From positions 800,001 through 864,000 of the forward strand of contig OZ245842.1 of NCBI GenBank assembly GCA_965228895.1: a stretch of DNA of 64,000 bases. The letters run 5' to 3'. Below the pieces are notes generated by a model. It was given only the letters and a program-made list of their open reading frames with translations. It had not been told where the DNA came from and searched no databases. The DNA is from Alphaproteobacteria bacterium (GTDB lineage: Bacteria > Pseudomonadota > Alphaproteobacteria > SP197). Shown one piece after another: positions 49,723 through 63,661 of the stretch. How positions within the stretch are numbered: position 1 is the stretch's first letter; each line of letters opens with the position of its first letter. The position numbers and the translations under genes are program-made.

Positions 49723-51729
49723 ATGCGCCTGAAAACCATACTTATCGCCCTTGTTGGCCTGGTCGTCGCGGTTGTCGTCGGCCTCGTCATCGCGGTAGCC
49801 ACGGTCGATCCCAACGACTATCGCGAGGATATTCAACAAGCCGTTCATGACGCGACGGGGCGCCAGCTTACCCTTGGCGGTGATCTGGAACTTGGGATCT
49901 CGCTCTCCCCGACCATCGTCGCCAAGCAGATTGCCCTGTCGAATGCCGACTGGGGTACCGAGCCCGAGATGATGAAGGCCAAGGAGCTCGACATCAAAGT
50001 CGCGCTTTTGCCGTTGATCAGCGGCGACATCCACATCGTGAGTTTTATGCTTGATGGCGCCGAGATCCTGCTGGAGACCAACAGCGACGGGGTCGGCAAC
50101 TGGCAGTTCGGTGCGCAAGAGGCCGACGACGAGGTGGCGACCGACAAGATGCTGCTGCCGCGCATCGACAGCCTCACGATCAGCGATGCGAAGTTCACCT
50201 ACCTCGATGGCGAAACCGGTGAGAAGCGTAGTGTCGACGTTGAGACCATCCAGCTGAGCACGGACTCGCCCTCGGGTCCCCTCAACGTCGATGTCAAGGC
50301 GACCTCGGATGACGAGGGGCTGACGGTCAGCGGTGTCGCGGGCAGCCTGGACGCGCTGATGGGTAACGACTCAGCGCCCGTCGATCTGTCTATCGCTGCC
50401 TACGGCGTGACAATGACGCTCAAGGGCACGGTGGCCGACGTGTCGTCGGCGCCCCAGCTCGACCTTGATCTAGACGTCGCCAGCGACGATCCGTCCAAGG
50501 CGGCGGATGTGGCCGGCATCACCCTGCCTTTCGATGGTGCCATCAAAGTTGTGGGCCATATCAAGGGAACACCCGAAACCTTCGACCTGACGGGGTTAAC
50601 GGCCGATGCCGCCGGTATCAAGGCAACGGGCGATATCTCGGTCGATCAGTCCGGCGACCGCCCGTCTGTCAGCGGCAAACTGGCGATCGATACGCTCGAC
50701 GTCTCGGCGTTTGGTGGCGCTGACGGAGAAGCATCGTCCGGATCGTCGGACAAGGTCTTCCCGTCCGACCCGTTGCCCGTCGATGGTCTGAAGGCGGTTG
50801 ACGCGGATATCGAGGTAACGATCACGACGCTCAAGACGCCGGTCATGGTCGCCAGCAATGTCGTGGTGCCGATCAAGCTTGCTTCCGGCGACCTCAAGAT
50901 CGACGGCATGACGGCGACGGTTGCCGAAAGCAGTGTTTCATCGTCGCTCGACCTCAATGCCAGTTCGTCGACACCCGCCATGGTGCTGAAACTGGACGCC
51001 TCAAACTTGAACGTCGGCAAGATGCTGAAAGAGGCCGACGTCACCGAAATGTTGTCGGGTACCGGAGACCTCAAGGTCGAGGTCAACGGTCAGGGCGAGT
51101 CGATCGCGGCGATCATGGCGTCACTCGGTGGTGATGCCTCGCTCCTCATGGAAGGCGGTTCCCTGGACGCCGGCAGTCTGTCGCTTCTGATGGGTGGCAC
51201 CAACGCGCTGGTCGGCACCATGTTCGCCAGCGGTTCAGAAGCGGCATCGCTCAACTGTCTTGCGATCGATTACGACATCAAGGACGGCATAGCCGAGCAG
51301 AAGGTTTTCCTGGTCGACACCCAGTTTTCGACTTTGGTGGGTGAAGGGTCAATCGACCTGGGCAAGGAAACGATTGACCTCCTGATTACGCCGAAATCAA
51401 AGGGCGTGTCGCTCAGCGTCGCCGTACCGGTTCGGGTCGGCGGAACGTTGGCATCGCCAAGCTTTACGCCTGACGAAGCGGCCCTGGCGCTCAAGGTCGG
51501 TGGTCTGCTGGGCGCGACACTGTTTCCACCTGCGCTCCTGCTCAGCCTTGGCGATCTCGGCGGCGGCGACCACGGCTGCGTCACCGCCAACGCCAATACA
51601 GACGGCTCGGGCGACAGCGGTGGCGGCGTCGCCGGTGAGGCCGGTGAGGTGGTCGACGATGCGGCCGGCGCCGTCGGCGATGCGGTTGACGACATCGGCA
51701 ACGAGATCGATAGCCTGTTCGGCGACTGA
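49723..51729 (+). CDS. AsmA family protein
   Basis: N-terminal TM helix, DPNDYR..I..V..ATGR, GNWQF, beta-rich body, GTLASPSF C-terminus. Confidence 0.88.
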   Translation: MRLKTILIALVGLVVAVVVGLVIAVATVDPNDYREDIQQAVHDATGRQLTLGGDLELGISLSPTIVAKQIALSNADWGTEPEMMKAKELDIKVALLPLISGDIHIVSFMLDGAEILLETNSDGVGNWQFGAQEADDEVATDKMLLPRIDSLTISDAKFTYLDGETGEKRSVDVETIQLSTDSPSGPLNVDVKATSDDEGLTVSGVAGSLDALMGNDSAPVDLSIAAYGVTMTLKGTVADVSSAPQLDLDLDVASDDPSKAADVAGITLPFDGAIKVVGHIKGTPETFDLTGLTADAAGIKATGDISVDQSGDRPSVSGKLAIDTLDVSAFGGADGEASSGSSDKVFPSDPLPVDGLKAVDADIEVTITTLKTPVMVASNVVVPIKLASGDLKIDGMTATVAESSVSSSLDLNASSSTPAMVLKLDASNLNVGKMLKEADVTEMLSGTGDLKVEVNGQGESIAAIMASLGGDASLLMEGGSLDAGSLSLLMGGTNALVGTMFASGSEAASLNCLAIDYDIKDGIAEQKVFLVDTQFSTLVGEGSIDLGKETIDLLITPKSKGVSLSVAVPVRVGGTLASPSFTPDEAALALKVGGLLGATLFPPALLLSLGDLGGGDHGCVTANANTDGSGDSGGGVAGEAGEVVDDAAGAVGDAVDDIGNEIDSLFGD

Positions 51730-51743
51730 CAGCCGGGCACGTC

Positions 51744-52961
51744 ATGTTCCGAAATCTGCGGCCGGTAACACTGGTCGCGGTCATGTGTGTCATCCAGGTG
51801 CTCGGCATGACGGGCTTTGCGACCTACTGGTCGCTTCAGCCGATCCTGCAACCGGCCTGGGCGCTTTCCAACGAACAAGCCGGGTGGATTAGCGGGACTC
51901 TGTTCGCCGGCTACATGGTGGCGGTGCCGCTGTTGGCCGCGATCACCGACCGCGTCGACGCCCGGCTGATCGTTCTGATCGGCATGGCTTTCGCCGCGCT
52001 GGGCCTGATCGGCTTCGGATTGTTCGCCGAAGGTTTCTGGGGTGCGATCCTGTGGCGTTTTGTCGCCGGCATTGGCCTGGCCGGTACCTACATGCCCGGC
52101 CTGCGCGCCCTTACCGATCGCATCAGCGATCGGCTGCAGGCACGTGCGGTTGCTTTCTATACGTCGTCGTTCAGCATCGGGTCGGCGGTGTCATACATGC
52201 TTGCCGGTTATGCGTTGGAGCTGGCGGGCTGGCGCATGGCTTTTTTGATCGCAGCCTTGGGACCGATCATCGGCGGCGCGCTGCTGTGGCTCTGCCTGGC
52301 GCCGCGAAGCATCGAGATGACGGCGAAACCGGCAACCCATCTGCTCGACTTTCGCCCGGTCTTCGCGGACCGGCATGTGATGGGTTATGTCCTTGCCTAT
52401 GCCGGTCACACGGCGGAACTGTTCGCCATGCGCTCCTGGCTGGTGCCGTTCCTGGTCTTCAGCGCAGCGATAGGGCCGACGATCGGCCGCTCGGACGTCG
52501 ACGCGACCGTGATGGCGACGTTGGTTTCGTTGATCGCGGTCGTTTCCAGTGTCGGCGGCAACGAAATCGCCATGCGTGTCGGACGCCGCCGCTTCGTGTT
52601 GGCGGCACTCGGGATTTCGTTTGTCGTCAGTTTGGTCGTCGGGTTTTCCGCGGCGCTGCCGTTCTGGGTCGCTGTCGTCGCGTGCATGGTCTATGCCCTG
52701 ACCATCCAGGCGGACTCAGCGTCGATTACTGCCGGTGCGGTCGCCGCGGCGCCACCGGGTTATCGGGGCGCGACGCTGGCGGTGCACTCGACATTCGGCT
52801 TCGGTGCCGCCTTCCTGTCGCCGACCTTGGTCGGCGTGGTCCTGGACAGTGCCGGTGGTGCTATCACGGTCACCACCTGGGCGTTCGCCTTTGCCACCAT
52901 GGGCGCCATGGGTTTGGTTGGTTTGGCCGCGCTTCTGCTTCTGGGCCGGCGCAGAACTTAG
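51744..52961 (+). CDS. MFS transporter
   Basis: About 12 hydrophobic segments; TDRVDAR and MRVGRR loop motifs. Confidence 0.9.
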   Translation: MFRNLRPVTLVAVMCVIQVLGMTGFATYWSLQPILQPAWALSNEQAGWISGTLFAGYMVAVPLLAAITDRVDARLIVLIGMAFAALGLIGFGLFAEGFWGAILWRFVAGIGLAGTYMPGLRALTDRISDRLQARAVAFYTSSFSIGSAVSYMLAGYALELAGWRMAFLIAALGPIIGGALLWLCLAPRSIEMTAKPATHLLDFRPVFADRHVMGYVLAYAGHTAELFAMRSWLVPFLVFSAAIGPTIGRSDVDATVMATLVSLIAVVSSVGGNEIAMRVGRRRFVLAALGISFVVSLVVGFSAALPFWVAVVACMVYALTIQADSASITAGAVAAAPPGYRGATLAVHSTFGFGAAFLSPTLVGVVLDSAGGAITVTTWAFAFATMGAMGLVGLAALLLLGRRRT

Positions 52962-53848
52962 GCGCGCGGGTGCGCGTTGCGGTAAATTTTCATTAGGTTG
53001 TCGGCGTCGACATCGGTGTAGCGCTGCGTCGTCGAAAGGCTGGCATGGCCCAGCAGTTCCTGGATCGTGCGCAGATCGGCGCCGCCCCCCAGCAGATGGG
53101 TCGCGAAACTGTGCCGCATCGCATGCGGTGTCGCGGTGGCGGGTAATCCTAGCGCGGCGCGCAAGTGGCGGAACCGTCGTTGCACAACACCGGCCTGCAG
53201 GCACTTTCCGCGAACGCCGACGAACAGCGGCTGGGCCTTGTCGCCGGCAAACGGGCGGCGTTCCAGGTAGTCGTCCAGCGCCTCGCGGACCACAGGCAGC
53301 AAGGGCACCAACCGTTCCTTATCGCCCTTGCCGCGAACGACCAGGATATCCCGGCCGTCATTCACCTGGCCGATGGTGAGGCCCAGAACCTCACCGATGC
53401 GCATGCCGCAGCCATACATCAACAGCATGATCGCGACATCGCGGGCGGCGACCCAGGGTTCATCGGTCAGTGTCTCGGCCAGCTCGACCATCTCGCCGGC
53501 TTCCGCTTCGTTAAGCGGGCGCGGCACTTGGCGGGGCAGGCGGGGCGAGCGCACCGCGCCAATCGCAGCGTTCGCGACCAGGCCTTCGCGCTCAAGAAAA
53601 CGGAAGAAGCCGCGCACGGTCGACAGCGCCCGCGCCGTCGACGTCTTGGCGCGCCCATCCCGGCTGCGCTTGGCGAGCCAGGCGCGGAAATCGGCCGGAC
53701 TGAGCATCGCCAACGTGGCAAAATCGGGCTCGGCGCCTTGGTGCTCGATCAGGAAGGCGAGGAACTGGGTGAGATCGGTTTGGTAGGCCTGGACCGTGTG
53801 GTCTGACGCGCGGCGTTCGTCGTTCAGACGATCGCGCCACAGGCGCAC
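52958..53848 (-). CDS. xerC: Tyrosine recombinase XerC
   Basis: GMRIGE, KGDKER, HAMRHSFATH, LGHASLSTTQRY; downstream of DUF484; start uncertain. Confidence 0.92.
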   Translation of the reverse strand: MRLWRDRLNDERRASDHTVQAYQTDLTQFLAFLIEHQGAEPDFATLAMLSPADFRAWLAKRSRDGRAKTSTARALSTVRGFFRFLEREGLVANAAIGAVRSPRLPRQVPRPLNEAEAGEMVELAETLTDEPWVAARDVAIMLLMYGCGMRIGEVLGLTIGQVNDGRDILVVRGKGDKERLVPLLPVVREALDDYLERRPFAGDKAQPLFVGVRGKCLQAGVVQRRFRHLRAALGLPATATPHAMRHSFATHLLGGGADLRTIQELLGHASLSTTQRYTDVDADNLMKIYRNAHPRA

Positions 53849-53877
53849 CGCCTCGTCCAGATCGTGGGGCCGCCCGG

Positions 53878-54597
53878 TCAGATGCGCAGGCCCAGTTTCT
53901 TGCGCAGGCAGCGGTCGAGCATCATGGCCAGGAAACGGTAAAGCTCGACCGGGTCGCCGGCACAGAAGTGATCGTCACGCCGCGAGCCCAACGCCAGAAT
54001 GCCGTTGGGCAGGTCGGCTTCGCCGCCGAAGCGCGCGAGCGCCTCGGACCGAACGAGTGGCGCGGCGCCCGCAAAAAGACGCTCATCAGCATCGTCGGTC
54101 GTGCGCAGGATGACGTCGCGATCGTCTTGCATGATGTCCATCACCGTGCCCGGTGTCAGACAGCGCACACCGGCCGTCATCCTGGCGGCGCCGTGAATGG
54201 CTTCGGTTTCGACACACAGATTGACAACATCGACGCCGAGCAGGATCGAAACATCGGCGTTGACGATCTCGACCAGGTGATCCAGATCGACCGCGCTCAT
54301 CAATGTCAGCGATGCCGCGTGGACGCGGTCTTGCAGGGAGCGGTGCCGGCGCGTGCGCTCGACCAGGGCACCTTGCGCTTCACGCATGTCGTCCTTGTCG
54401 GCCTTCAACCGGTCGATCAGGAAGACCTGCCAGTCGGCGACGTTGTCGCCGAGGTCGCGCGACGGCGCGGCGATCTGACGCAGCAACTCAGGCCGTTGTG
54501 CCAGGAAGTCAGGATGATCGCGAAGAAACCGTTCGACACGTTCCGGCGTCACGTCGTCCGCTTCGTTGAGCCTGGCGCTATCCGGTTTTGTGTCCAT
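53878..54597 (-). CDS. DUF484 (YigA-like) protein
   Basis: V..FL..HPDFL, LALGS C-terminal motif; conserved linkage to xerC. Confidence 0.85.
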   Translation of the reverse strand: MDTKPDSARLNEADDVTPERVERFLRDHPDFLAQRPELLRQIAAPSRDLGDNVADWQVFLIDRLKADKDDMREAQGALVERTRRHRSLQDRVHAASLTLMSAVDLDHLVEIVNADVSILLGVDVVNLCVETEAIHGAARMTAGVRCLTPGTVMDIMQDDRDVILRTTDDADERLFAGAAPLVRSEALARFGGEADLPNGILALGSRRDDHFCAGDPVELYRFLAMMLDRCLRKKLGLRI

Positions 54598-54613
54598 GGT
54601 CCCTTCCTGTGAC

Positions 54614-55270
54614 CTATAAAATCGCCTGACCTGTCTTCTGCCAGTCAGCCAAGAAGGCTGCGAGGCCCTTGTCGGTCAGGGTGTGACCGGCCAACTTCCG
54701 CAACACGTCCGGCGGAACGGTCGCGACGTCGGCACCGATCATGGCCGCCTGTTTGACATGCATCGGTGACCGGATTGAGGCGACCAGGATCTCCGTATCG
54801 ATATGGGCATAGTTGTCGTAGATCGTTTTGATCTCGGCGATCAACTCCATGCCGTCATGGCCGATGTCGTCCAGGCGGCCGACAAAGGGCGAGATGAAAC
54901 TGGCCCCGGCCTTGGCTGCCAGGAGTGCCTGGTTGGCGGAGAAACAAAGTGTCACGTTGACCTTGGTGCCATGCTGCGAAATTGCCCGGCAGGCCTTCAG
55001 GCCGTCCCAGGTCAACGGCACCTTGATGGTGACGTTCTCGGCGACCTTGGCAAGTTTCTTGCCCTCCGCGATCATACCATCGGCATCGGTCGCGGTGACT
55101 TCCGCACTGACCGGCCCGGCGACGACCGAACAGATTTCTTTTAAGACCTCCATGAAATCGCCGCCCGATTTGGCGATAAGCGACGGGTTGGTGGTCACAC
55201 CGTCCAGGAGTCCGGTATCGGCGAGATCGCGGATCTCCGCCACATCGGCTGTATCAACAAAGAACTTCAT
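54614..55270 (-). CDS. fsa: Fructose-6-phosphate aldolase/small transaldolase
   Basis: [36 protein letters not shown]. Confidence 0.93.
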   Translation of the reverse strand: MKFFVDTADVAEIRDLADTGLLDGVTTNPSLIAKSGGDFMEVLKEICSVVAGPVSAEVTATDADGMIAEGKKLAKVAENVTIKVPLTWDGLKACRAISQHGTKVNVTLCFSANQALLAAKAGASFISPFVGRLDDIGHDGMELIAEIKTIYDNYAHIDTEILVASIRSPMHVKQAAMIGADVATVPPDVLRKLAGHTLTDKGLAAFLADWQKTGQAIL

Positions 55271-55335
55271 GGGCTTTTATAGCACTCCCTTCCGGGCTGG
55301 ACGAATGAACGGCATTTGATGTCAAAGTGTAGCGG

Positions 55336-57537
55336 ATGCACGCCGGTGACGCCATAACACCCCAGGATGAGGCTAGCAGCGAAAGTGTCAGCGTGCTGCT
55401 GCCGCTGCCCATACACGCGCTCTATGACTATTTGGTGCCCGAAGACGTTGATGTTGTAGCGGGCAGCTACGTCATGGTGCCGCTCGGTGGGCGCAGCGTG
55501 CTCGGTGTTGTCTGGGGCGCGCCGTTGGGCGATGTGGCGCCCGAAAAGATGAAGCCGATCCTGGAGGCCAAAGCGGCGCCGCCGCTGTCGCCGGTCATGC
55601 GCGACTTCGTCGATTGGGTTGCCCGCTACACGGTCAATCAACCCGGCGCCGTCTTGCGTATGGTGTTGCGTGTCAGTGAAGCGCTGGACCCGCCGCGCCC
55701 GCGCCTGGCCTATCGGCGCGGCGGTGACCTGCCGCCGCGCATGACGCCGGCGCGACAACGTGTCGTCGGTTTGCTGAGCGACGGGCCGCCGCTGGAAAGA
55801 GCGGACATCGTGCGCGAAGCCGGTGTCGGCGCGTCTGTCGTCAAAGGATTGGTTGAAGCCGGCACGGTCGAGATCGTCGAGCTTCCCGCCGCGCCGCGTA
55901 TACCGCGGCCTGATCCGTCGGCCCAGGGCCCGGTGTTGTCGGACGATCAATCGGTTGCGGCCGACGCCCTGATCGGCCAAGTCAAGGCGGGCGGATTTGC
56001 AACGACGCTTCTGGAGGGCGTGACCGGTTCGGGCAAGACCGAGGTCTATTTCGAGGCGGTTGCCGAAGCACTGCGTCATGATAGGCAGGTTCTTGTGCTG
56101 CTGCCGGAGATCGCCTTGTCGGCGCAGTTCCTGCGCCGCTTCGCCGAACGGTTTGGCGCCGAACCTGTGGTCTGGCATTCCGATGTGCCGCGAAAGAAGC
56201 GGCGCGATGCCTGGCGCGCCGTCACCGACGGCACCGCCCGGGTTGTTGTCGGCGCCCGTTCAGCGCTGTTCCTGCCGTTTGCCAAGCTCGGCCTGATCGT
56301 GGTTGACGAGGAACACGACGGCTCGTTCAAGCAGGAAGACGGCGTCTGCTACAACGCGCGCGACATGGCGGTTGTCAGAGGCCGGTTAGAGGACCTTCCG
56401 GTCGTTCTGTGCTCGGCGACGCCGTCTATGGAGACCTTGGTCAATGTCGAACAGGGCCGGTACCGCGGCTTGGCGCTTGCCGAGCGCCATGGCGGTGCGG
56501 CTCTGCCGGATGTCGCGGCGGTCGATATGCGCAGCGCGGGAACCGAACGCGGGCACTGGCTGTCGCCACCTATGGTCGAAGCCTTCCAGACCGCGCTTGA
56601 AGCCGGTGAGCAGGGGTTGTTGTTCCTCAACCGTCGGGGCTATGCGCCGCTCACCCTGTGCCGCACCTGCGGGCATCGCTTTGCTTGTCCCAATTGTTCG
56701 GCCTGGCTTGTCGAGCACCGTCATTTCGGACGGCTGCAATGCCATCACTGCGGTTTCAGCGGTTCGGTTCCCGAGAGCTGCCCGACATGTTCGAACACCG
56801 ATAGCCTGGTTGCCTGTGGGCCAGGCGTCGAACGGCTTCTGGAGGAGGTCGAGCAACGCTTTCCCGATTGTCGCACCGAGGTCATGTCGTCGGATACGCT
56901 TGCCGGGCCCGACGCCGCCCAGGAACTGATCGCCCGGTTCGAGGCGCGCGAGATCGATCTCCTGATCGGCACGCAGGTCGCGGCCAAGGGCCATCACTTC
57001 CCCATGCTGACGGTGGTCGGCGTGGTCGACGCGGATCTGGGTTTGGAAGGCGGCGATCTCAGGGCCATGGAGCGGACCTGGCAACTGCTTCATCAGGTCT
57101 CCGGACGAGCAGGGCGGGCCGAGCACCCGGGCCGGGTGCTGCTGCAGACCTATGACCCTGAGAACCCGGTGCTCGCCGCACTGGTTTCCGGCGATCGCGA
57201 GGGTTTCCTGCGTTATCTGAAGGAACAGCGCCGTGCCGCCGGCATGCCGCCCTTTGGCCGGCTCGCCGGCATCATCCTGTCGGGAACCCGCGAGGCAGAC
57301 GTCCGACACCTGGCCCGCGAGCTCGCCCGCCACGGGCCGCGCGGCGACGGTATCCAGACTTTGGGACCGGCGCCGGCGCCGCTCGCCCTGCTCAGGGGGC
57401 GCTACCGGTGGCGGCTCCTGGTTCACGCCCGCCGGGACGTTGACCTGCAGGGCGCCATCCGGACCTGGCTCAAACCGGTCAAGCTGCGCGGCACCATGCG
57501 GCTGCAGGTCGACATCGATCCCTACAGCTTCTTATAG
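55336..57537 (+). CDS. priA: Primosomal protein N'
   Basis: GVTGSGKTEVY, DEEH, four CxxC motifs, QVSGRAGR, DIDPYSFL. Confidence 0.98.
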   Translation: MHAGDAITPQDEASSESVSVLLPLPIHALYDYLVPEDVDVVAGSYVMVPLGGRSVLGVVWGAPLGDVAPEKMKPILEAKAAPPLSPVMRDFVDWVARYTVNQPGAVLRMVLRVSEALDPPRPRLAYRRGGDLPPRMTPARQRVVGLLSDGPPLERADIVREAGVGASVVKGLVEAGTVEIVELPAAPRIPRPDPSAQGPVLSDDQSVAADALIGQVKAGGFATTLLEGVTGSGKTEVYFEAVAEALRHDRQVLVLLPEIALSAQFLRRFAERFGAEPVVWHSDVPRKKRRDAWRAVTDGTARVVVGARSALFLPFAKLGLIVVDEEHDGSFKQEDGVCYNARDMAVVRGRLEDLPVVLCSATPSMETLVNVEQGRYRGLALAERHGGAALPDVAAVDMRSAGTERGHWLSPPMVEAFQTALEAGEQGLLFLNRRGYAPLTLCRTCGHRFACPNCSAWLVEHRHFGRLQCHHCGFSGSVPESCPTCSNTDSLVACGPGVERLLEEVEQRFPDCRTEVMSSDTLAGPDAAQELIARFEAREIDLLIGTQVAAKGHHFPMLTVVGVVDADLGLEGGDLRAMERTWQLLHQVSGRAGRAEHPGRVLLQTYDPENPVLAALVSGDREGFLRYLKEQRRAAGMPPFGRLAGIILSGTREADVRHLARELARHGPRGDGIQTLGPAPAPLALLRGRYRWRLLVHARRDVDLQGAIRTWLKPVKLRGTMRLQVDIDPYSFL

Positions 57538-57708
57538 GCGTTTCCGATGGATACGCAGGGGGAGTCTTGTTGCAACGCGAAAGGGCCTGTGCTAGCTACA
57601 GCCTGCCCTTCGCCAGGGCATCTGAGGACCCTTTTCGGGGGGGTTCCTTGGATACAAAAAATCCAATGCAAACAGTAACTTAGAAGGCGACAGCGAGGAC
57701 AGTCTCTG

Positions 57709-58268
57709 GTGGCCACCGACGACAGTGTTGTAACCGGCCTTTCGGGCCGCTACGCGACCGCTTTGTTCGACCTTGCCGACGAGAGCAAGGTGCTGGACGA
57801 GGTCGCCGGCGACTTGCGTACGCTGCAGGCCGCACTGGATGAATCCGACGATCTGGCGCGCCTCGTTCGCAGCCCGATCGTCTCCCGCGACGAGCAGGGC
57901 CGCGCCATGGCGGCGGTTGTCGAGGCCATGGGCCTGGGCGAACTCACGCGCCGGACCGTTGGCCTTCTGGCGCAGAAACGCCGGCTGTTCGCCATCAGCG
58001 ACATTATTCGTGACTACACCAAGCTTCTGGCCGCCCATCGCGGCGAGACGACCGCCGAGGTGACTTCGGCGCGTGCCCTGTCTGAGGGCGAACTGAACAA
58101 ACTCACCGCTACCCTGAAGAACGTGGTCGGGCGCGATGTCGCGGTCGAGCCCCGCGTCGATCCCGACCTTCTGGGTGGTCTGGTGGTTCGAATTGGCTCG
58201 CGGATGTTGGACAGCTCCATCCGCACCAAACTGCAACGGCTTGAAATTGCAATGAAGGGGGCTGGCTG

Positions 58269-58269
<1 letters not shown>
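57709..58269 (+). CDS. atpH: ATP synthase delta subunit
   Basis: [26 protein letters not shown]; GTG start. Confidence 0.96.
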
Positions 58270-59801
<1,532 letters not shown>

Positions 59802-59836
59802 TCGCGGTGACCGGAACGGCAGGTCGGATTTAGTCG

Positions 59837-60733
59837 ATGGCGAATCTCAAAGCACTGCGTATGCGGATCAACTCGGTCCGCTCGACACGCAAGATCACCA
59901 GCGCCATGAAGATGGTCGCGGCAGCCAAGCTGCGCCGCGCCCAGGAAGGCGCCGAAGCAGCGCGTCCTTACGCCGAGCGTATGGAACGCATGATGGCGTC
60001 CCTGGCGTCGGGCTTTGTCGGACGCGAGGACGCGCCCAAACTGTTGGCGGGGTCGGGCAGCGACAACGTTCACCTGATTGTTGTTGTGTCATCCGACCGC
60101 GGCCTGTGCGGCGGCTTCAACACCAACATCGCGCGTGCCGTGCGGCGCCGGATCGACGAACTGCGTCAGGACGGCAAACAGATCAAACTGCTGTGCGTCG
60201 GCCGCAAGGGCCGCGATGCTCTGCGCCGCGATTACGGCGACATGATCGTCGACTCGATCGAGGGTATCGACAAAGGTGGCCTCGGTTTCGACAAGGCGAC
60301 TGAGCTTTCCGAGCGCATCGTCACCATGTACGAGGCCGGCGAGTTCGATGTCTGTACTGTCATCTATAACCGCTTCAAGTCGGTTATTGCCCAGATCGTG
60401 ACCTGGCAGCAGTTGGTGCCGTTTGGTGGTGATGAAGATGAGAGTGACGAGGTTGATGTCAGCGACGACATGGGCGGCGCCGTCTATGACTTCGAGCCCG
60501 ATGAGGCAGAGATGCTCGAAGTTCTGATGCCCCAGAACATGGGCGTGCAGATGTACCGCTCGTTGCTGGAGAGCCAGGCATCGGAGCATGCCGCGCGCAT
60601 GACCGCCATGGACAACGCGACCCGCAACGCGGGCGATATGATCGAGCGCCTGAATCTGGTGTACAACCGTACCCGTCAGGCCGCGATTACCAGGGAAATT
60701 ATCGAAATCGTGTCGGGCGCCGAAGCGCTCTAG
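59837..60733 (+). CDS. atpG: ATP synthase gamma subunit
   Basis: KITSAMKMVAAAK, DRGLCG, RQAAITREI. Confidence 0.99.
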   Translation: MANLKALRMRINSVRSTRKITSAMKMVAAAKLRRAQEGAEAARPYAERMERMMASLASGFVGREDAPKLLAGSGSDNVHLIVVVSSDRGLCGGFNTNIARAVRRRIDELRQDGKQIKLLCVGRKGRDALRRDYGDMIVDSIEGIDKGGLGFDKATELSERIVTMYEAGEFDVCTVIYNRFKSVIAQIVTWQQLVPFGGDEDESDEVDVSDDMGGAVYDFEPDEAEMLEVLMPQNMGVQMYRSLLESQASEHAARMTAMDNATRNAGDMIERLNLVYNRTRQAAITREIIEIVSGAEAL

Positions 60734-62182
<1,449 letters not shown>

Positions 62183-62197
62183 GGAGTTTCGTTGACC

Positions 62198-62602
62198 ATG
62201 GCCGACGACAAGGTCAATTTCGAACTGGTCAGCCCGGAGCGTCTCTTGGTCTCCGAGGCCTTCGACATGGTCGTCGTGCCGGGCAGCGAGGGCGATTTCG
62301 GCGTCTTGCCCGGCCACTCGCCCTTCATCTCAACCGTTCGCCCCGGCGTCATCGACATTCATGAGGGTGGCAAGATTGCCCACCGCGTCTTTGTCGGTGG
62401 CGGCTTTGCCGAGGTGACCCCGGACCGCTGCACGGTCTTGGCCGAAGATGCCGCCATGATAGAGGATATCGATACCGCCGATGTCGACCGGCGTATCCAA
62501 GACGTCGAACTTGATCTGAGAGACGCGGAAAGCGACAGCGAACGAGCCCGCGCTGAAGCCCGATTGGTGGTTCTGCGGGCTATGCGGGAAGCTGCCGCCT
62601 AG
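62198..62602 (+). CDS. atpC: ATP synthase epsilon subunit
   Basis: FELVSPER, GDFGVLPGH, GGFAEV. Confidence 0.97.
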   Translation: MADDKVNFELVSPERLLVSEAFDMVVVPGSEGDFGVLPGHSPFISTVRPGVIDIHEGGKIAHRVFVGGGFAEVTPDRCTVLAEDAAMIEDIDTADVDRRIQDVELDLRDAESDSERARAEARLVVLRAMREAAA

Positions 62603-62824
62603 GACCCCTACCTCGACGCCATCGCGAAGCGATTGTGGCAAGACGAGATCTGCTCCAGGGCGGTTTCTTTCCACAGGATTGAGATTTCTATCGTCCGGCT
62701 CAACTATAGGACGTTGAATTCGGTCGCCTCAATCTTGTCCAAGGCTATCGGTTAGACTACATAGTAAGGCGAAGGGGTGTAGGCAGCCGTTCGTTGGCTG
62801 AAGCGCGAGGAGCGGGGACTCAAA

Positions 62825-63646
62825 ATGCGACACTGGACCCTTGATGATATCAATTGGGGTGCGTTTGACAGGTCGAAGACCGATGAAGACACGGTCCGGA
62901 TCGTCAAGGCCGCGAGTCTGGTCGAATTCAATGGCAACGACTACGCGCGTTACCTTGAGAGCGTGTTTGCCGGTGATGCCGAGTTTATCAAGGCCGCCTG
63001 GGACTGGGCCGAGGAGGAAGTGCAGCACGGCGAGGCCTTGCGTCGCTGGGCTGAACTGGCCGATCCCGAATGGGATTTCCATGACGCCTTCAAACGCTTT
63101 ACCGAAGGATTCAGCTTGCCGTTTGATGCCGACGCGTCGGTGCGCGGTTCGCGTTGTGGCGAGTTGATCGCGCGCTGCGTGGTCGAGGTCGGCACGTCGT
63201 CTTACTACAGCGCGCTGCGTGATTCGACGGATGAACCGGTCCTCAAGAAGATCTGCGCCAACATCGCCGCCGACGAGTTCCGGCACTACAAGCTCTTCTT
63301 TGATCACATGAAACGCTACCGCCAGGCGGAAAAACCTTGGCTGGTGCAGCGCATGAAGGTTGCGGTTGGACGCCTGATCGAAGGCGAAGACGACGAGCTC
63401 GCCTATGCCTATTACACGGCCAACAAGATCCAGGGTCCCTATGACCGCAAAGCTTGTATTGCAGCCTACGGCAGCCGTGCCTTGCCGCACTATGAGCGCG
63501 GCCATATCAAGCTGGCGACCAACATGGTTATCAAAGCGGTCGGTTTGAGACCGCAAAGCCGGGTCGGCCAGTTCTCCAACCGTCTGGCGTGGCGCGTCTT
63601 CGACCGCCGTCGACGCCAGATGCAGGAGGCTGCGCCGGGCTTTTAG
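62825..63646 (+). CDS. Ferritin-like diiron protein (acyl-ACP desaturase-like fold)
   Basis: EEVQHG and DEFRHY ExxH motifs, VEVGTSSYY. Confidence 0.78.
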   Translation: MRHWTLDDINWGAFDRSKTDEDTVRIVKAASLVEFNGNDYARYLESVFAGDAEFIKAAWDWAEEEVQHGEALRRWAELADPEWDFHDAFKRFTEGFSLPFDADASVRGSRCGELIARCVVEVGTSSYYSALRDSTDEPVLKKICANIAADEFRHYKLFFDHMKRYRQAEKPWLVQRMKVAVGRLIEGEDDELAYAYYTANKIQGPYDRKACIAAYGSRALPHYERGHIKLATNMVIKAVGLRPQSRVGQFSNRLAWRVFDRRRRQMQEAAPGF

Positions 63647-63661
63647 GCGCCTGTTTTCGGA

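Noticed and set aside
52958-53848. Tyrosine recombinase as a possible prophage or island integrase
   Set aside because: Size, motifs and DUF484 linkage fit housekeeping XerC; no att site, tRNA or cargo nearby.
57620-57655. GGACCCTTTTCGGGGGGGTTCC stem upstream of atpH as an ncRNA
   Set aside because: Short imperfect hairpin with several G-U pairs; nothing beyond an ordinary 5' UTR structure can be supported.
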